Assembly: GCA_964446735.1 (NCBI GenBank)
Contig: CAYUQB010000001.1
Span: forward strand, 380,460-444,459
Direction: 5' to 3'
Source of the DNA: an uncultured Candidatus Saccharibacteria bacterium
GTDB lineage: Bacteria; Patescibacteriota; Minisyncoccia; Phycocordibacterales; Phycocordibacteraceae
DNA: 64,000 bases
Shown here: one piece after another, positions 1-9,695 of the stretch
Layout: every line of letters starts with the position of its first letter
How positions within the stretch are numbered: the stretch's first letter is position 1
Made by a program: the position numbers and the translations under genes
The notes under the pieces: model-generated
What the model was told of the DNA's origin: nothing
The model's database searches: none
What the model saw: only the letters and a program-made list of their open reading frames with translations

Positions 1-721
1 TGGCAAGCGATTCGGTCGGCTTCTCGATGACAAGATACTTCTTGCTCATCAAATCGACCGGGTTGAGATTGCGCACTTCCTCCGTGATGAGACTACCAAT
101 GTTGCTGAAGGACTTCTCCGTGTTGGCGTCCTTCGCAGCAAGCGCGATCACTGCTGCGTTCTTACGCTTGGATGCGAGCATTTCCTGCCCCGCAGCCTTT
201 GCGATTGCGTGAAGCGCGCCGATCGCTTCTTTGGTCTTGGGTGCGGTAAAGGAAAACGAGTCGACAAAGATAATCTCACCGTCCTTGAGTTTGCGAGAGA
301 GTACGCTTGCGAGCGCTGCCGCGCGCATTTTGCGGTTGATTTTCACGGCATAGACTTTCTCAGCGCGTGGACCGTGCGTGGTACCACCACCTACCCAGAT
401 AGGAGAACGGTTCGAACCGTGACGAGCGCGGCCAGTACCCTTCTGCTTCCACGGCTTCTTACCGCCGCCGGCTACTTCACCACGGAACTTCGTGTGTGCG
501 ATGGTCGGTCGTGCATTCGCCTGCATGCCCGTAACGACCTGGTGCACGAGATCAGCATTCCAGGGAGCGGTGAAGAGTTCTGCCGGGAGCGAGACGGTAC
601 CCGTGGTACCACCCTTCATATCGAACACGGTTGCTTCAGTTGAAGAGACGGATTCAGTCTTCTTCACCGCTTTTTTGGCGGGTGCCTTCTTTGCTGCTGG
701 TTTGGTTGCTGCGGTTGCCAT
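1..721 (-). CDS. rplD: 50S ribosomal protein L4, 5' part only (gene runs off window start)
   Basis: Minus-strand ORF reading MATAATKPAAKKAPAKK...GSNRSPIWVGGGTTHGPRAEKV; start codon at 719-721 directly downstream of rplC in S10-operon order; not in the ORF track because it is open at the window edge. Confidence 0.75.
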   Translation of the reverse strand, partial: MATAATKPAAKKAPAKKAVKKTESVSSTEATVFDMKGGTTGTVSLPAELFTAPWNADLVHQVVTGMQANARPTIAHTKFRGEVAGGGKKPWKQKGTGRARHGSNRSPIWVGGGTTHGPRAEKVYAVKINRKMRAAALASVLSRKLKDGEIIFVDSFSFTAPKTKEAIGALHAIAKAAGQEMLASKRKNAAVIALAAKDANTEKSFSNIGSLITEEVRNLNPVDLMSKKYLVIEKPTESLA

Positions 722-732
722 ACGTACGTAAA

Positions 733-1338
733 TTATTTGGCGACTATCTCGACCAGGGAACCCGGTGCACCAGGAACCGCTCCCGAAACGATGATCTGGT
801 TATTTGCGGCATCAACACGAAGCACCTTGAGGTTCTTCACGGTGACACGATCGCTGCCCATGCGGCCGGCCATGCGAATGCCCTTTGCAACCTTACCGCC
901 TGCACGACCTGGACCGCCACCGATGGAGCCTGCTTCGCGCTCGGAATGTTTCTGACCGTGAGTGCGGCGCCCGCCATGGAACCCATGACGCTTCACGACG
1001 CCAGCGAAGCCTCGACCCTTGCTGGTTCCGGCGACTTCGATGACGTCACCTTGTGCGAAGGTGTCAGCGGCGATGGCAGTACCAACGGTAAAGTCAGCAG
1101 GGTTCTCAACTTTGAACTCCTTAAGGACCTTGAATGCCTTAGCGTGCTGGGGCTTGGCCAGACGCTCGATCTTCTGAGTGTCGTACCCGACCTGCACGGC
1201 GGTGTATCCGTCGACATCCGTCGTCTTAACCTGGGTAACGACGTTAGGACCCACCAGAAGGATGGTTCCAGCATTCACACGCCCATCTTCTTCGAAGACT
1301 TGGGTCATGCGGCCTTTGCGGGCAAGGATGAATTTCAT
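733..1338 (-). CDS. rplC: 50S ribosomal protein L3
   Basis: 201 aa, MKFILARKGRMTQVF...GTSKGRGFAGVVKRHGFHGG, the typical L3 signature; position in S10 operon. Confidence 0.9.
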   Translation of the reverse strand: MKFILARKGRMTQVFEEDGRVNAGTILLVGPNVVTQVKTTDVDGYTAVQVGYDTQKIERLAKPQHAKAFKVLKEFKVENPADFTVGTAIAADTFAQGDVIEVAGTSKGRGFAGVVKRHGFHGGRRTHGQKHSEREAGSIGGGPGRAGGKVAKGIRMAGRMGSDRVTVKNLKVLRVDAANNQIIVSGAVPGAPGSLVEIVAK

Positions 1339-1507
1339 AAAAATTTGAATCCGCGCTCAATGGCGCGGTTTTGGAAAACCTGCGGCCATTGGTCCGAGCG
1401 AAACCTCGTACGTAGCGTGTAGGCGCACAGTACACGTCCGCGCCAGAAATTGCAAATCAGGGAAACGAAAGAGCCGGGTGTCCCCACCCGGCTCCAACTC
1501 GCCTGCC

Positions 1508-1774
1508 TTACGCGGCCTTCTTCAGGGGCCGCTCTTCGCTTTTCCTCTTCGCCCGCTCGATGCGAGCGACCACGAACCGTCGCTCTGCGTAGAGTCGCTC
1601 CGTGTGCTGTCGGCTCGCCTCGATGTAGACCACCTCCTGCGCCCGAAGTTGCGGGAGCGAGCTCATTTCCGCCCGAAACATCTTTTCCGATTCGAGCAGC
1701 TTGTCGATCTTTTCGAGTTCGGACTCAAGCTCCGCGAGCGTTGCGGGCCGCAAGAATTTGAACAGGTGCAACAT
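1508..1774 (-). CDS. hypothetical 88-aa coiled-coil protein inserted between rpsJ and rplC
   Basis: ORF on the same strand as the flanking r-protein genes; charged and helical; no recognisable family. Confidence 0.3.
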   Translation of the reverse strand: MLHLFKFLRPATLAELESELEKIDKLLESEKMFRAEMSSLPQLRAQEVVYIEASRQHTERLYAERRFVVARIERAKRKSEERPLKKAA

Positions 1775-2128
1775 CTATCCCCCGTTGGCACATGAGAAAA
1801 GAAAATTGCCGCGAATGCGGCAGGTGAGTAAAAGACCTCACCGATTTCGATTTAAGCATGAAAAGCATATTCATTCAAGCTGCGTGCTATCGTATATATG
1901 CCACGCATGAGGTGGCGCAGGAGTTCCTACGATGAGGTACGCCGTCATATTTTCCCCAGGAGGGGATGGGTGCGACCCCGCGGCGCAACAGTCAACCTAA
2001 GGAGGTGATCCTCATCTCGCTCCGCACCTGCGCGGAGTGTCGTCGGTCCGGGGTGGCTTGCTGCCCCGGACTTCTTATTTCAATAGAACGCATATCGGCC
2101 ACGGTCCTGACTTCACATAAAAACAAAA

Positions 2129-2150
2129 CGCCCCGGTTACCCGGGGACGT
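2129..2150 (-). terminator. hairpin terminator downstream of guaA-remnant mini-ORF
   Basis: cgccccgg-ttac-ccggggacg stem-loop, followed on the minus strand by TTTTGTTTTT. Confidence 0.5.
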
Positions 2151-2169
2151 TCGCGTCGAAGTTCAAGAT

Positions 2170-2343
2170 CTATTCGGCGAGGGCTTCGCGAACCAGTCTG
2201 GCAGCGACTGCGGGGTCCACACCACCCGAAAGGCCGCAGATCACCTTCCCGTCGCCGACCTGGTCCCTGATGCGTTTGACCGCTTCGTCACGGAATTCGT
2301 CACGAAGCTGACCCTGCCGGGTCGCCTTTGATTTGCCTGTCAT
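2170..2343 (-). pseudogene. guaA: 57-aa remnant of the GMP synthase ATP-pyrophosphatase (PP-loop) domain
   Basis: [57 protein letters not shown] aligns to the start of the GuaA ATP-PPase domain (consensus FIEEAVxxIReQVGDxKVILGLSGGVDSSVxAxLL); PP-loop SGGVDS is mutated to SGGVDP; stop comes right after; AGGAGG RBS 7 nt upstream; below the ORF-track size cutoff. Confidence 0.6.
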
Positions 2344-2369
2344 TGGGCACCTCCTGGCTATAGCATAGC

Positions 2370-2397
2370 AAAACGCCCCGATCTCTCGGGGCGTTTT
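2370..2397 (-). terminator. intrinsic terminator immediately after rpsJ
   Basis: 12-bp perfect stem aaaacgccccga/tcggggcgtttt with 4-nt loop, followed by a U-run on the minus strand. Confidence 0.65.
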
Positions 2398-2411
2398 GCT
2401 AGTTGGTCCGT

Positions 2412-2774
2412 TTAGACCATCTTCACATCAATCGTCACACCGGACGGAAGATTGAGGTTCGTGAGAGCCTCAATCACTTTCGGATTCGGTGAGAGGATAT
2501 CGATGAGGCGCTTGTGGATGCGCATCTCGAACTGCTCGCGTGCGTCCTTATGAACGAAGGTCGAGCGGTTCACAGTCCATCGCTTGATCTCGGTAGGAAG
2601 CGGAACAGGACCAACGATTTTCGCGTCGAAGCGGTTCGCCGTATCCATGATCTGCTTGACCGAGAGGTCGAGGATCTTGTGCTCGTAGGCACGCACGCGG
2701 ATGCGGAGCTTTGGCTCTGTCGCGGCATCCGCGCCAGCTGCCTTCTTCGAGCTCTTCTTTGCGGTAGCGGCCAT
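2412..2774 (-). CDS. rpsJ: 30S ribosomal protein S10 with ~20-aa Lys/Ala-rich N-terminal extension
   Basis: [21 protein letters not shown]...[25 protein letters not shown]; conserved S10 core. Confidence 0.9.
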   Translation of the reverse strand: MAATAKKSSKKAAGADAATEPKLRIRVRAYEHKILDLSVKQIMDTANRFDAKIVGPVPLPTEIKRWTVNRSTFVHKDAREQFEMRIHKRLIDILSPNPKVIEALTNLNLPSGVTIDVKMV

Positions 2775-2795
2775 ACGAGTACTGGTCGTTCGCTA

Positions 2796-3995
2796 TTACG
2801 CGGTGATCTTCGTCACGACGCCGGCACCGACGGTCTTACCACCTTCGCGAATAGCGAAGCGGGTGTTGTCCTCAAGCGCGATCGGCGCAGTGAGCTTGAC
2901 CTTGAAGGTAACGGTATCGCCCGGCATGACCATTTCCTTGCCTTCCGGAAGGGTAACCTCGCCGGTGACATCGGTCGTGCGAACGTAGAACTGCGGCTTG
3001 TAGCCAGTGAAGAACGGCGTGTGACGGCCACCCTCATCCTTAGAAAGGATGTACACCTCTGCCTCAAAGTCGGTGTGCGGGGTAACGGTGCCGCTCTTTG
3101 CGAGCACCTGACCACGATGCACATCCTCCTTCTTCGTGCCGCGCAGGAGGATACCAGCGTTGTCGCCAGCCTGACCTTCCTGAAGCTGCTTGTTGAACAT
3201 TTCGATGCCAGTGACGGTCGTCTTGGCCGTCGGCTTAAGACCAACGATTTCGACTTCCTCACCAACCTTCACAATGCCGCGGTCGATGCGGCCCGTAACG
3301 ACGGTGCCACGACCTTCAATCGAGAAGATGTCCTCGATTGCCATGAGGAACGGCTTGTCGGTCTCACGGACTGGGTCCGGGAAGTAGGAGTCCATGGTGT
3401 CCACGAGCTCCTTAACCTTGAGCGCCCACTCGTCTTCAGCGCTGGTCGCCTCAAGCGCCTTAAGACCGGAGCCCTTGATGACGGGAGTGTCCTTATCAAA
3501 GCCCTGCTTGGTGAGAAGGTCACGAATTTCCTCTTCAACGAGGTCTACCATGTCCTTGTCATCCACCATGTCTACCTTGTTGAGGAAGACAATGAGCTTC
3601 GGCACACCCACCTGCTTTGCAAGAAGAATGTGCTCGCGGGTCTGCGGCATTGCGCCGTCAGTTGCGGCGACCACGAGAACTGCGCCGTCCATCTGGGCGG
3701 CACCCGTGATCATGTTCTTGATGTAGTCTGCGTGGCCCGGAGCGTCGATGTGCGCGTAGTGGCGGTTCGGCGTCTCATATTCCGAGTGGTGAAGCGCGAT
3801 GGTAATACCGCGCGCCTTCTCCTCGGGCGCGTTGTCGATGTTTTCGACCTTCTCTGCGCGAGCCTTGTAGCCAGCGCCAGAGTTGAGGTTGAGAACATTC
3901 AGAATGGAAGCCGTGAGCGTGGTCTTACCATGGTCGACGTGACCGATAGTACCTACGTTCATGTGCGGCTTGCTGCGATCGAATGCATCTGCCAT
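2796..3995 (-). CDS. tuf: elongation factor Tu
   Basis: 399 aa, [31 protein letters not shown] motifs. Confidence 0.95.
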   Translation of the reverse strand: MADAFDRSKPHMNVGTIGHVDHGKTTLTASILNVLNLNSGAGYKARAEKVENIDNAPEEKARGITIALHHSEYETPNRHYAHIDAPGHADYIKNMITGAAQMDGAVLVVAATDGAMPQTREHILLAKQVGVPKLIVFLNKVDMVDDKDMVDLVEEEIRDLLTKQGFDKDTPVIKGSGLKALEATSAEDEWALKVKELVDTMDSYFPDPVRETDKPFLMAIEDIFSIEGRGTVVTGRIDRGIVKVGEEVEIVGLKPTAKTTVTGIEMFNKQLQEGQAGDNAGILLRGTKKEDVHRGQVLAKSGTVTPHTDFEAEVYILSKDEGGRHTPFFTGYKPQFYVRTTDVTGEVTLPEGKEMVMPGDTVTFKVKLTAPIALEDNTRFAIREGGKTVGAGVVTKITA

Positions 3996-4204
3996 AGGTT
4001 CGTAAATTACTGGTAGCTAAGTAAGCTGCCGTCCCGCCTGCCTGCGGTTGAAGGCAGGCGACCAAGGCGCTCCGGCGATTCCCCCGCGCAGCGCCTTTCA
4101 GCCGTCCTCCTCCCCTGTGGTCGGATAACATCGAAAAGAGCGCCGTACTCGCGTTAGGTGTAAAGGTACACGGCACGTTATGAAGCGTCAAGGAAATAAA
4201 AGGT

Positions 4205-4232
4205 CAGCCTCGCCGTTCTACCGGCGAGGCTG
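4205..4232 (-). terminator. hairpin terminator after GC-rich ORF 4259-4852
   Basis: 11-bp stem cagcctcgccg/cggcgaggctg. Confidence 0.5.
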
Positions 4233-4258
4233 GTGCAAAGCACGTAGGACAGGGTGAC

Positions 4259-4852
4259 TTACCCGGCGGCGAAGGCCGGCGTCTTGCCGCGGAAGCCACT
4301 TTTGGGCTTCTCCTCCCCGCGGGCGGCGGCCTTGCGGGCCTTCTTGCCGCACGGGTTCTGCTTGCGAGGCGCGTGACCTGGCTCGAACATCGTTTCGGCG
4401 AGCGGCGGCTCCTCATTGCGCAGGGCCGCCACCAGTTCCGCCTCGATGGTGACCGGGTCGACGACCGGCAGCGGATCGACGCATGGCTTGGGCTCGGCTG
4501 ACCACTGGAGTTGCCGCGGCCCGAAGAGCGCGGTCAGCTCGGCGTTCGGGAAGACCAGGCCGCTGGTGGCGACGAAGTGGCGGATCATGCCCATCGTGGC
4601 GCGGTCGCCCAGGTCGTAGAGGACCTGGTAGGCGCGGTCGAGCGGCTCGGGCTCGCTGAAGGTCCAGCCGTTGCCGACGCGGACCATGATGACGACGAAG
4701 GCGTGCTCTTTCTCAAAGAGCCGGCCGGCCTCGAGCATCTGCCACAGCGTGGCTTCGTCGTAGACGGGCTGCTTGAAGCGCGAGATCAGGTAGCCGACGC
4801 CGAATTCGGACTTCGGCTTGGTGTAGCTGCTGGCATCCGGAATCTTGGACAT
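4259..4852 (-). CDS. hypothetical protein (GC-rich cassette between tuf and fusA) with basic C-terminal tail
   Basis: 197-aa ORF, locally elevated GC, C-terminus APRKQNPCGKKARKAAARGEEKPKSGFRGK; no family recognised. Confidence 0.45.
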   Translation of the reverse strand: MSKIPDASSYTKPKSEFGVGYLISRFKQPVYDEATLWQMLEAGRLFEKEHAFVVIMVRVGNGWTFSEPEPLDRAYQVLYDLGDRATMGMIRHFVATSGLVFPNAELTALFGPRQLQWSAEPKPCVDPLPVVDPVTIEAELVAALRNEEPPLAETMFEPGHAPRKQNPCGKKARKAAARGEEKPKSGFRGKTPAFAAG

Positions 4853-4962
4853 GCTTTCCCTTTCGCTGTCCGTACTGGTTGATGAAAAGACGCCAGAGGC
4901 GCCGACTAACTGAACATTAGAGTAATAGAATTATTGAAAAAGTCAATGGGTTGGGGTCTTTC

Positions 4963-5409
4963 CTAGTGATGCCCACCGCCATGCCCACCGTGTGCCTCAG
5001 CCTTTTTTTGACCGCCGCCGCCGCCTCCTTCTCCTCGTATGGATTCAACCGCCCCCTTAAGAAGACCGCCCCCAATCGTCTTAACTCCTATGTGCCACCC
5101 CCAAAACCAGAGGAATCCAAAGAATCCTCCCACTCCTCCATGACCATGGCCGCCCTCATGATGTGCGGAGGCATGGTTGCCACTCGAGATTGGTGCACCT
5201 ACCGATATTCTGCCCGGAGCTGTAGCACTAGTCCGAGCAAGGTTCGCTTTGGTCTGTTCAATGGCTTGAGCGTTCTCTCCGGTTGCGGGGGGCGTCTGTG
5301 CATGTGCTTCGGCAGCTTGTGCCTCGGCTTCTACTGCGGCCTCATGATCTTCTTGAGTCTCTGGCACCTTGGGAGTTCGTTCAGGTCCAGCGGGAGGGTT
5401 TTCTGACAT
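4963..5409 (-). CDS. hypothetical His/Gly-rich low-complexity protein
   Basis: 148 aa with HHEGGHGHGGVGGFFGFLWFWGWHIGV and GGGGGGQKKAEAHGGHGGGHH; an alternative ORF on the opposite strand (4951-5406) is also open, so the strand is uncertain. Confidence 0.3.
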   Translation of the reverse strand: MSENPPAGPERTPKVPETQEDHEAAVEAEAQAAEAHAQTPPATGENAQAIEQTKANLARTSATAPGRISVGAPISSGNHASAHHEGGHGHGGVGGFFGFLWFWGWHIGVKTIGGGLLKGAVESIRGEGGGGGGQKKAEAHGGHGGGHH

Positions 5410-5444
5410 GTCTCAAGCTTAGCATCTCTCCCTAAAACGCAAGA

Positions 5445-5462
5445 AACCGCCTGTGGGCGGTT
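5445..5462 (-). terminator. terminator after fusA
   Basis: aaccgcc-tgtg-ggcggtt hairpin, then a U-rich run on the minus strand. Confidence 0.5.
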
Positions 5463-5484
5463 CCGTGCTGCACGCTCTGATCCT

Positions 5485-7632
5485 TTATTTCCTCGATGCA
5501 ATGATGTCTTGCGCAACGTTTTGAGGGACTACTTCGTAGTGATCGAACTCCATGGTCATTGAACCGCGACCTTCAGTCATGGAACGGAGGCTTGTGGTGT
5601 AGCCGAACATTTCTGAGAGCGGAACCTTCGCATGCACCGCCTTGTTCATACCGCGATCTTCCATTCCTTCGATGGCGCCGCGCTTTCCGGAAAGGTTGCC
5701 TGTGATATCACCCATGAACTGCTCGGGGATAACCACTTCGACATTCATGATTGGTTCGAGTATGACCGGCTTAGCTTTGTGTGCCGCTTCCTGGAAGGCC
5801 TGACTTGCTGCAATCTTGAACGCAATTTCAGATGAGTCGACTTCGTGGAAAGAACCATCGTAGAGGTCGACCGATACATCCACCATTGGGTAGCCGGCAA
5901 GCACGCCGCGTCCCATAGCTTCGCGAATACCCTTTTCGATCGGGTTGATGTATTCCGTCGGGATGACACCACCCTTGATGTTGTTGATGAACTCAAAGTG
6001 GTCCTCACGGGTAACGTTCTTGGGAATCTTGGCATCTTCTGCAAGCGGCTCGAGGTGCTTCACCTTGATCTTCACGTGGCCGTACTGACCCTTACCACCC
6101 GTCTGCTTGATGTACTTGTTCTCGACATCGGCGGCGCCAAGAATTGTCTCGCGGTATGCCACCTGTGGCTTACCCACATTCGCTTCCACGTTGAACTCTC
6201 GCTTCATGCGATCCACGAGGATCTCCAGATGGAGCTCACCCATACCTGCCATGATGGTCTCGCCGGTCTCCTCATCCGAAGAAATCTTGAAGGTTGGGTC
6301 CTCGTCCGAAAGCTTACGAAGTGCCATACCCATCTTTTCCTGGTCGGCCTTAGTCTTCGGCTCGATGCGAAGAGAAACCACTGGCTCAGGGAACTTAATC
6401 TCCTCAAGGAGGATCGGATTCGCTTCGTCGCAGAGCGTGTGCGACGTCTTAGTGTCCTTAAGACCTACCATTGCCGCAATCTCACCCGTGAAGACGGTCT
6501 CGACTTCCTCACGCTTATCCGCCTGGAGTCGCACGATGCGACCGACACGCTCTTTGTTACCGGTGTTGGCATTGTAGACATACGAGCCGGCAGAGACGGT
6601 ACCGGAATACACACGGAAGAAGGTAAGCGCACCAACGAAGGGATCGGTCTGAAGTTTGAATGCAAGTGCCGTGAACGGCTCCTTGTCGTCTGCCGTACGC
6701 TCTACTTCTTCACCAGTCTTGGGGTTCGTTCCCTTTACCGGAGGGAGATCAAGCGGACTGGGGAGATAGTCGACAACCGCATCAAGTACGAGCTGTACGC
6801 CCTTGTTCTTCAAGGCTGAACCGGTGTAGACCGGGAAGATTTCATTTGCGATCACCGCCTTGCGGAGGGTCTTCTTCAGATCCTCGACGGAAGGTTCGTT
6901 ACCCTCGAAGTATGCATTCATCTGCGCCTCGTCATGTTCGACAATGCGCTCAATGAGCTCGGCGCGGTACTTCTGTGCCTCAGCTTTGTACTGTTCCGGT
7001 ACTTCGCCCTCGGTGACTTCTTCGCCCATATTGCCGCTGAAGGTGTAGGCCTTCATGGACAGGAGATCGATGACACCCTCAAAATCGTTCTCAGCACCCA
7101 TAGGGAGCTGCGCACGCACGGCCTTCTTCGACAGGCGGTCGAGGATCGACTTATAGGAGTCTTCGAACGATGCGCCCGTGCGATCCAATTTATTGATGAA
7201 ACAGACGCGTGGCACATTGGCTTCGTCTGCATAGCGCCAGTTGGTTTCCGACTGTGGCTCTACTCCTGCCACACCGTCAAACACCACAATCGCACCATCC
7301 AAAACGCGCATCGAGCGCTTCACTTCTGCGGTGAAGTCGATGTGTCCTGGGGTATCGATGATGTTGAAACGAAACTTCTTCGACGTATCCTTCTTATCCG
7401 GTTCGCTGGTTTTGCTCCAGAAGCAGGTGATGGCAGCAGCGGTGATGGTGATACCGCGCTCACGCTCCTGCTCCATCCAGTCGGTGGTCGTCTGGCCCTC
7501 ATGCACCTCGCCGATTTTATGCTGGGAGCCCGTGTAGAAGAGCACACGCTCGGACGTGGTCGTTTTACCTGCGTCGACGTGGGCGACGATGCCGAAGTTG
7601 CGCACTTTTTCCAGGGGATAATCGCGATTCAT
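5485..7632 (-). CDS. fusA: elongation factor G
   Basis: 715 aa, [28 protein letters not shown]. Confidence 0.95.
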   Translation of the reverse strand: MNRDYPLEKVRNFGIVAHVDAGKTTTSERVLFYTGSQHKIGEVHEGQTTTDWMEQERERGITITAAAITCFWSKTSEPDKKDTSKKFRFNIIDTPGHIDFTAEVKRSMRVLDGAIVVFDGVAGVEPQSETNWRYADEANVPRVCFINKLDRTGASFEDSYKSILDRLSKKAVRAQLPMGAENDFEGVIDLLSMKAYTFSGNMGEEVTEGEVPEQYKAEAQKYRAELIERIVEHDEAQMNAYFEGNEPSVEDLKKTLRKAVIANEIFPVYTGSALKNKGVQLVLDAVVDYLPSPLDLPPVKGTNPKTGEEVERTADDKEPFTALAFKLQTDPFVGALTFFRVYSGTVSAGSYVYNANTGNKERVGRIVRLQADKREEVETVFTGEIAAMVGLKDTKTSHTLCDEANPILLEEIKFPEPVVSLRIEPKTKADQEKMGMALRKLSDEDPTFKISSDEETGETIMAGMGELHLEILVDRMKREFNVEANVGKPQVAYRETILGAADVENKYIKQTGGKGQYGHVKIKVKHLEPLAEDAKIPKNVTREDHFEFINNIKGGVIPTEYINPIEKGIREAMGRGVLAGYPMVDVSVDLYDGSFHEVDSSEIAFKIAASQAFQEAAHKAKPVILEPIMNVEVVIPEQFMGDITGNLSGKRGAIEGMEDRGMNKAVHAKVPLSEMFGYTTSLRSMTEGRGSMTMEFDHYEVVPQNVAQDIIASRK

Positions 7633-7713
7633 AGAGTAAATGACTAAATAAAAAAGCCCGCAGATGCGTTAGCTACAAGATACGTTTTGGAGACTGAAAA
7701 CGCAAGAAAAGAA

Positions 7714-7741
7714 ACGGGCGCCCCAGCGATGGGACGCCCGT
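7714..7741 (-). terminator. hairpin after KGG-protein gene
   Basis: acgggcg...cgcccgt stem followed by a U-rich tract on the minus strand. Confidence 0.4.
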
Positions 7742-7770
7742 CGGTCGTGGGCCGGGAGGCTGGGGTCGGT

Positions 7771-7977
7771 CTAGAGGCCGTGCGCCCTGCCGCCGCCGCG
7801 CGAGGCCTCGCCGCCCTTCTTGCCGGCGCTGGCCGCGAGGTCGCGGTCCTTCGCGAAGGACCGCTTTTCGCCGGGGACGGCCGCGCCGCCCTTCCTCGCG
7901 ATCTCGCGCCTGCGCTCAGGGTTCATTGCGGCGAAACCGCGCCTGGCGCGGGGCTTTCCGGTGGTGTCGGTCGGCAT
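7771..7977 (-). CDS. KGG-repeat stress-induced protein (YciG-like)
   Basis: RGFAAMNPERRREIARKGGAAVPGEK...SAGKKGGEASRGGG matches the KGG motif GFASMDPEKQREIASKGG; GC-rich. Confidence 0.55.
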   Translation of the reverse strand: MPTDTTGKPRARRGFAAMNPERRREIARKGGAAVPGEKRSFAKDRDLAASAGKKGGEASRGGGRAHGL

Positions 7978-8124
7978 GCTGGGGTTCCTTCCCTCGATGC
8001 GGTTGAACGTTGTACGCTACTGGCCGGGATAATACGTCTATTGTAGAAAAAAGCAAGTGATGGGAAGACAAGCCACACAAGAAGTGCTACGCTCCACGCT
8101 AGTTGTAGTGCAGGGGGAATACCA

Positions 8125-8628
8125 ATGTTGATCGCTCGATTACAACATCATGAGCCCGAACAGCTAACCTCCCCGCTTGCTGTTTCGAAAGTGCGCGAAG
8201 GAGATTTCCCACGCTTCGCTCCTGGGTTTGAGGCCGACCTTATCTGCCTTTTGGGGCAGATCGAGGCCACCTTCCAGATCAGGGACCTGGAGTACGTGCC
8301 GTGGCAGATCGTTGCGGGCGTGGTGATCTTCGAACCTCCGAGCGGGTTTGCGCAGGCACCGTACGGCGCCCCGATCCAGTACCCGCAGAACGCACTCGCA
8401 TTCGAGGGAACCGCTCTCTCGTTCTGGTGCTGTCGGGGAAAGTTCGAATCAGACGCGTGGCTCCCGAGCTCCTGCCTGCGGCTGTGCGTCGTGGAGCTCG
8501 CCCGACTGCATCACGCGTATGCCTACGGGAAATGCGTGAACCCATGCATGATGCTCCACCTGGTGGCGCACTCGATGGGTCGTAGCGTCAAACGAAATGT
8601 CGAGGGCATCCGGAGTGTACTGACCTGA
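8125..8628 (+). CDS. hypothetical Cys/His-rich protein (GC-rich cassette)
   Basis: 167-aa ORF divergent from the KGG gene; followed by a bidirectional terminator; several overlapping ORFs in other frames because of the high GC. Confidence 0.35.
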   Translation: MLIARLQHHEPEQLTSPLAVSKVREGDFPRFAPGFEADLICLLGQIEATFQIRDLEYVPWQIVAGVVIFEPPSGFAQAPYGAPIQYPQNALAFEGTALSFWCCRGKFESDAWLPSSCLRLCVVELARLHHAYAYGKCVNPCMMLHLVAHSMGRSVKRNVEGIRSVLT

Positions 8629-8652
8629 TGCCCATTGTTCCTGACAAAGAAA

Positions 8653-8690
8653 GCGCGCCCTTCTCGGGCGCGCAATCTTTTTTTTATCGG
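8653..8690. terminator. bidirectional terminator (serves ORF 8125-8628 on + and rpsG on -)
   Basis: 8-bp GC stem gcgcgccc/gggcgcgc followed by TTTTTTTTT on + and TTTCTTTG on -. Confidence 0.6.
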
Positions 8691-8699
8691 TATCTGAAC

Positions 8700-9164
8700 T
8701 TACCAAGCAAAGTGGGCGAACGCTTTGTTCGCATCGGCCATGCGGTGCATGTCCTCCTTTTTCTTGATTGCTTCGCCCTCGTTCTTGGCGGCCATGAGGA
8801 TCTCGTTGGCAAGCTTCTCGGCCATAGGCTTTCCCTTCTTGGCACGGGCGGCGTTGATGAGCCAACGGTACGCGAGAGAAACGCGGCGCTGCTGGGGAAC
8901 CTCGCGCGGGACCTGGTAGTTAGCACCACCAACACGGCGTGAGCGGACTTCCATCAATGGCGAGACGTTACGAATGGCGGTCTCGAAGGTTTCGAGCGGA
9001 TCCTGTTCATTCTTCTTGATGATCTCAAGTGCGTCGTAGACGACTTTGCGTGCCGTGTCCTTCTTTCCATCCCACATAACGGTATTGATGAAGCGAGAAA
9101 TCGCATCGGACTGGTAGACGAGGTCGGGACGGCGAACCGGCTTGTTTTTGATAGGACGGCGCAT
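8700..9164 (-). CDS. rpsG: 30S ribosomal protein S7
   Basis: [35 protein letters not shown]. Confidence 0.9.
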   Translation of the reverse strand: MRRPIKNKPVRRPDLVYQSDAISRFINTVMWDGKKDTARKVVYDALEIIKKNEQDPLETFETAIRNVSPLMEVRSRRVGGANYQVPREVPQQRRVSLAYRWLINAARAKKGKPMAEKLANEILMAAKNEGEAIKKKEDMHRMADANKAFAHFAW

Positions 9165-9169
9165 AGGGA

Positions 9170-9577
9170 TTACTTAGGCTTCTTAGCTCCGTAGCGCGAG
9201 CGGCCACGACGACGCTTATCAATACCGGCGGTATCAAGCTTGCCGCGGACGATGGTGTACTGGACACCAATGTCCTTCACGCGACCGCCGCGAAGCAGCA
9301 CCACTGAGTGCTCCTGGAGGTTGTGGCCCTCACCCGGAATGTAGGCGGTCACTTCCATACCGTTAGAAAGGCGTACACGAGCAATCTTGCGGATTGCGGA
9401 GTTTGGCTTACGAGGGGTCTTCGTGGTGACCTTCACGCACACACCGCGCTTAAAGGGTGCCGGGTAGTATTCCGGACGATTCTTGAGCGCGTTGAAGCCA
9501 CGCGAAAGAGCCGCAGTCCGGTCTTTGCGTGTCCGGTCCTTGCGGGACTTCTTCGTGAGCTGATTGATGGTGGCCAT
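9170..9577 (-). CDS. rpsL: 30S ribosomal protein S12
   Basis: [16 protein letters not shown]...[37 protein letters not shown]. Confidence 0.95.
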   Translation of the reverse strand: MATINQLTKKSRKDRTRKDRTAALSRGFNALKNRPEYYPAPFKRGVCVKVTTKTPRKPNSAIRKIARVRLSNGMEVTAYIPGEGHNLQEHSVVLLRGGRVKDIGVQYTIVRGKLDTAGIDKRRRGRSRYGAKKPK

Positions 9578-9695
9578 TGGTCAAATGAAAACCCGCCGTG
9601 CGGGATGGGCTCACTATATAGAAAGGCCTATATAAATGCAAACAGGGGTACCTTGCCGACTTCTCCATACCGGTCGATAATCCGGCCAGTGGGCG

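Noticed and set aside
2514-4016. 500-aa plus-strand ORF
   Set aside because: Antisense shadow of tuf (and rpsJ); the minus strand carries the unmistakable EF-Tu. The same reasoning applies to the plus-strand ORFs 5845-6819 and 6934-7647 inside fusA and the minus-strand ORFs 52408-53541 inside the VirB6-like gene.
4951-5406. 151-aa plus-strand Cys-rich ORF opposite the His/Gly-rich ORF
   Set aside because: Both strands are open here. The minus-strand ORF was kept because it is co-directional with the operon and precedes the fusA terminator, but this is a weak call either way.
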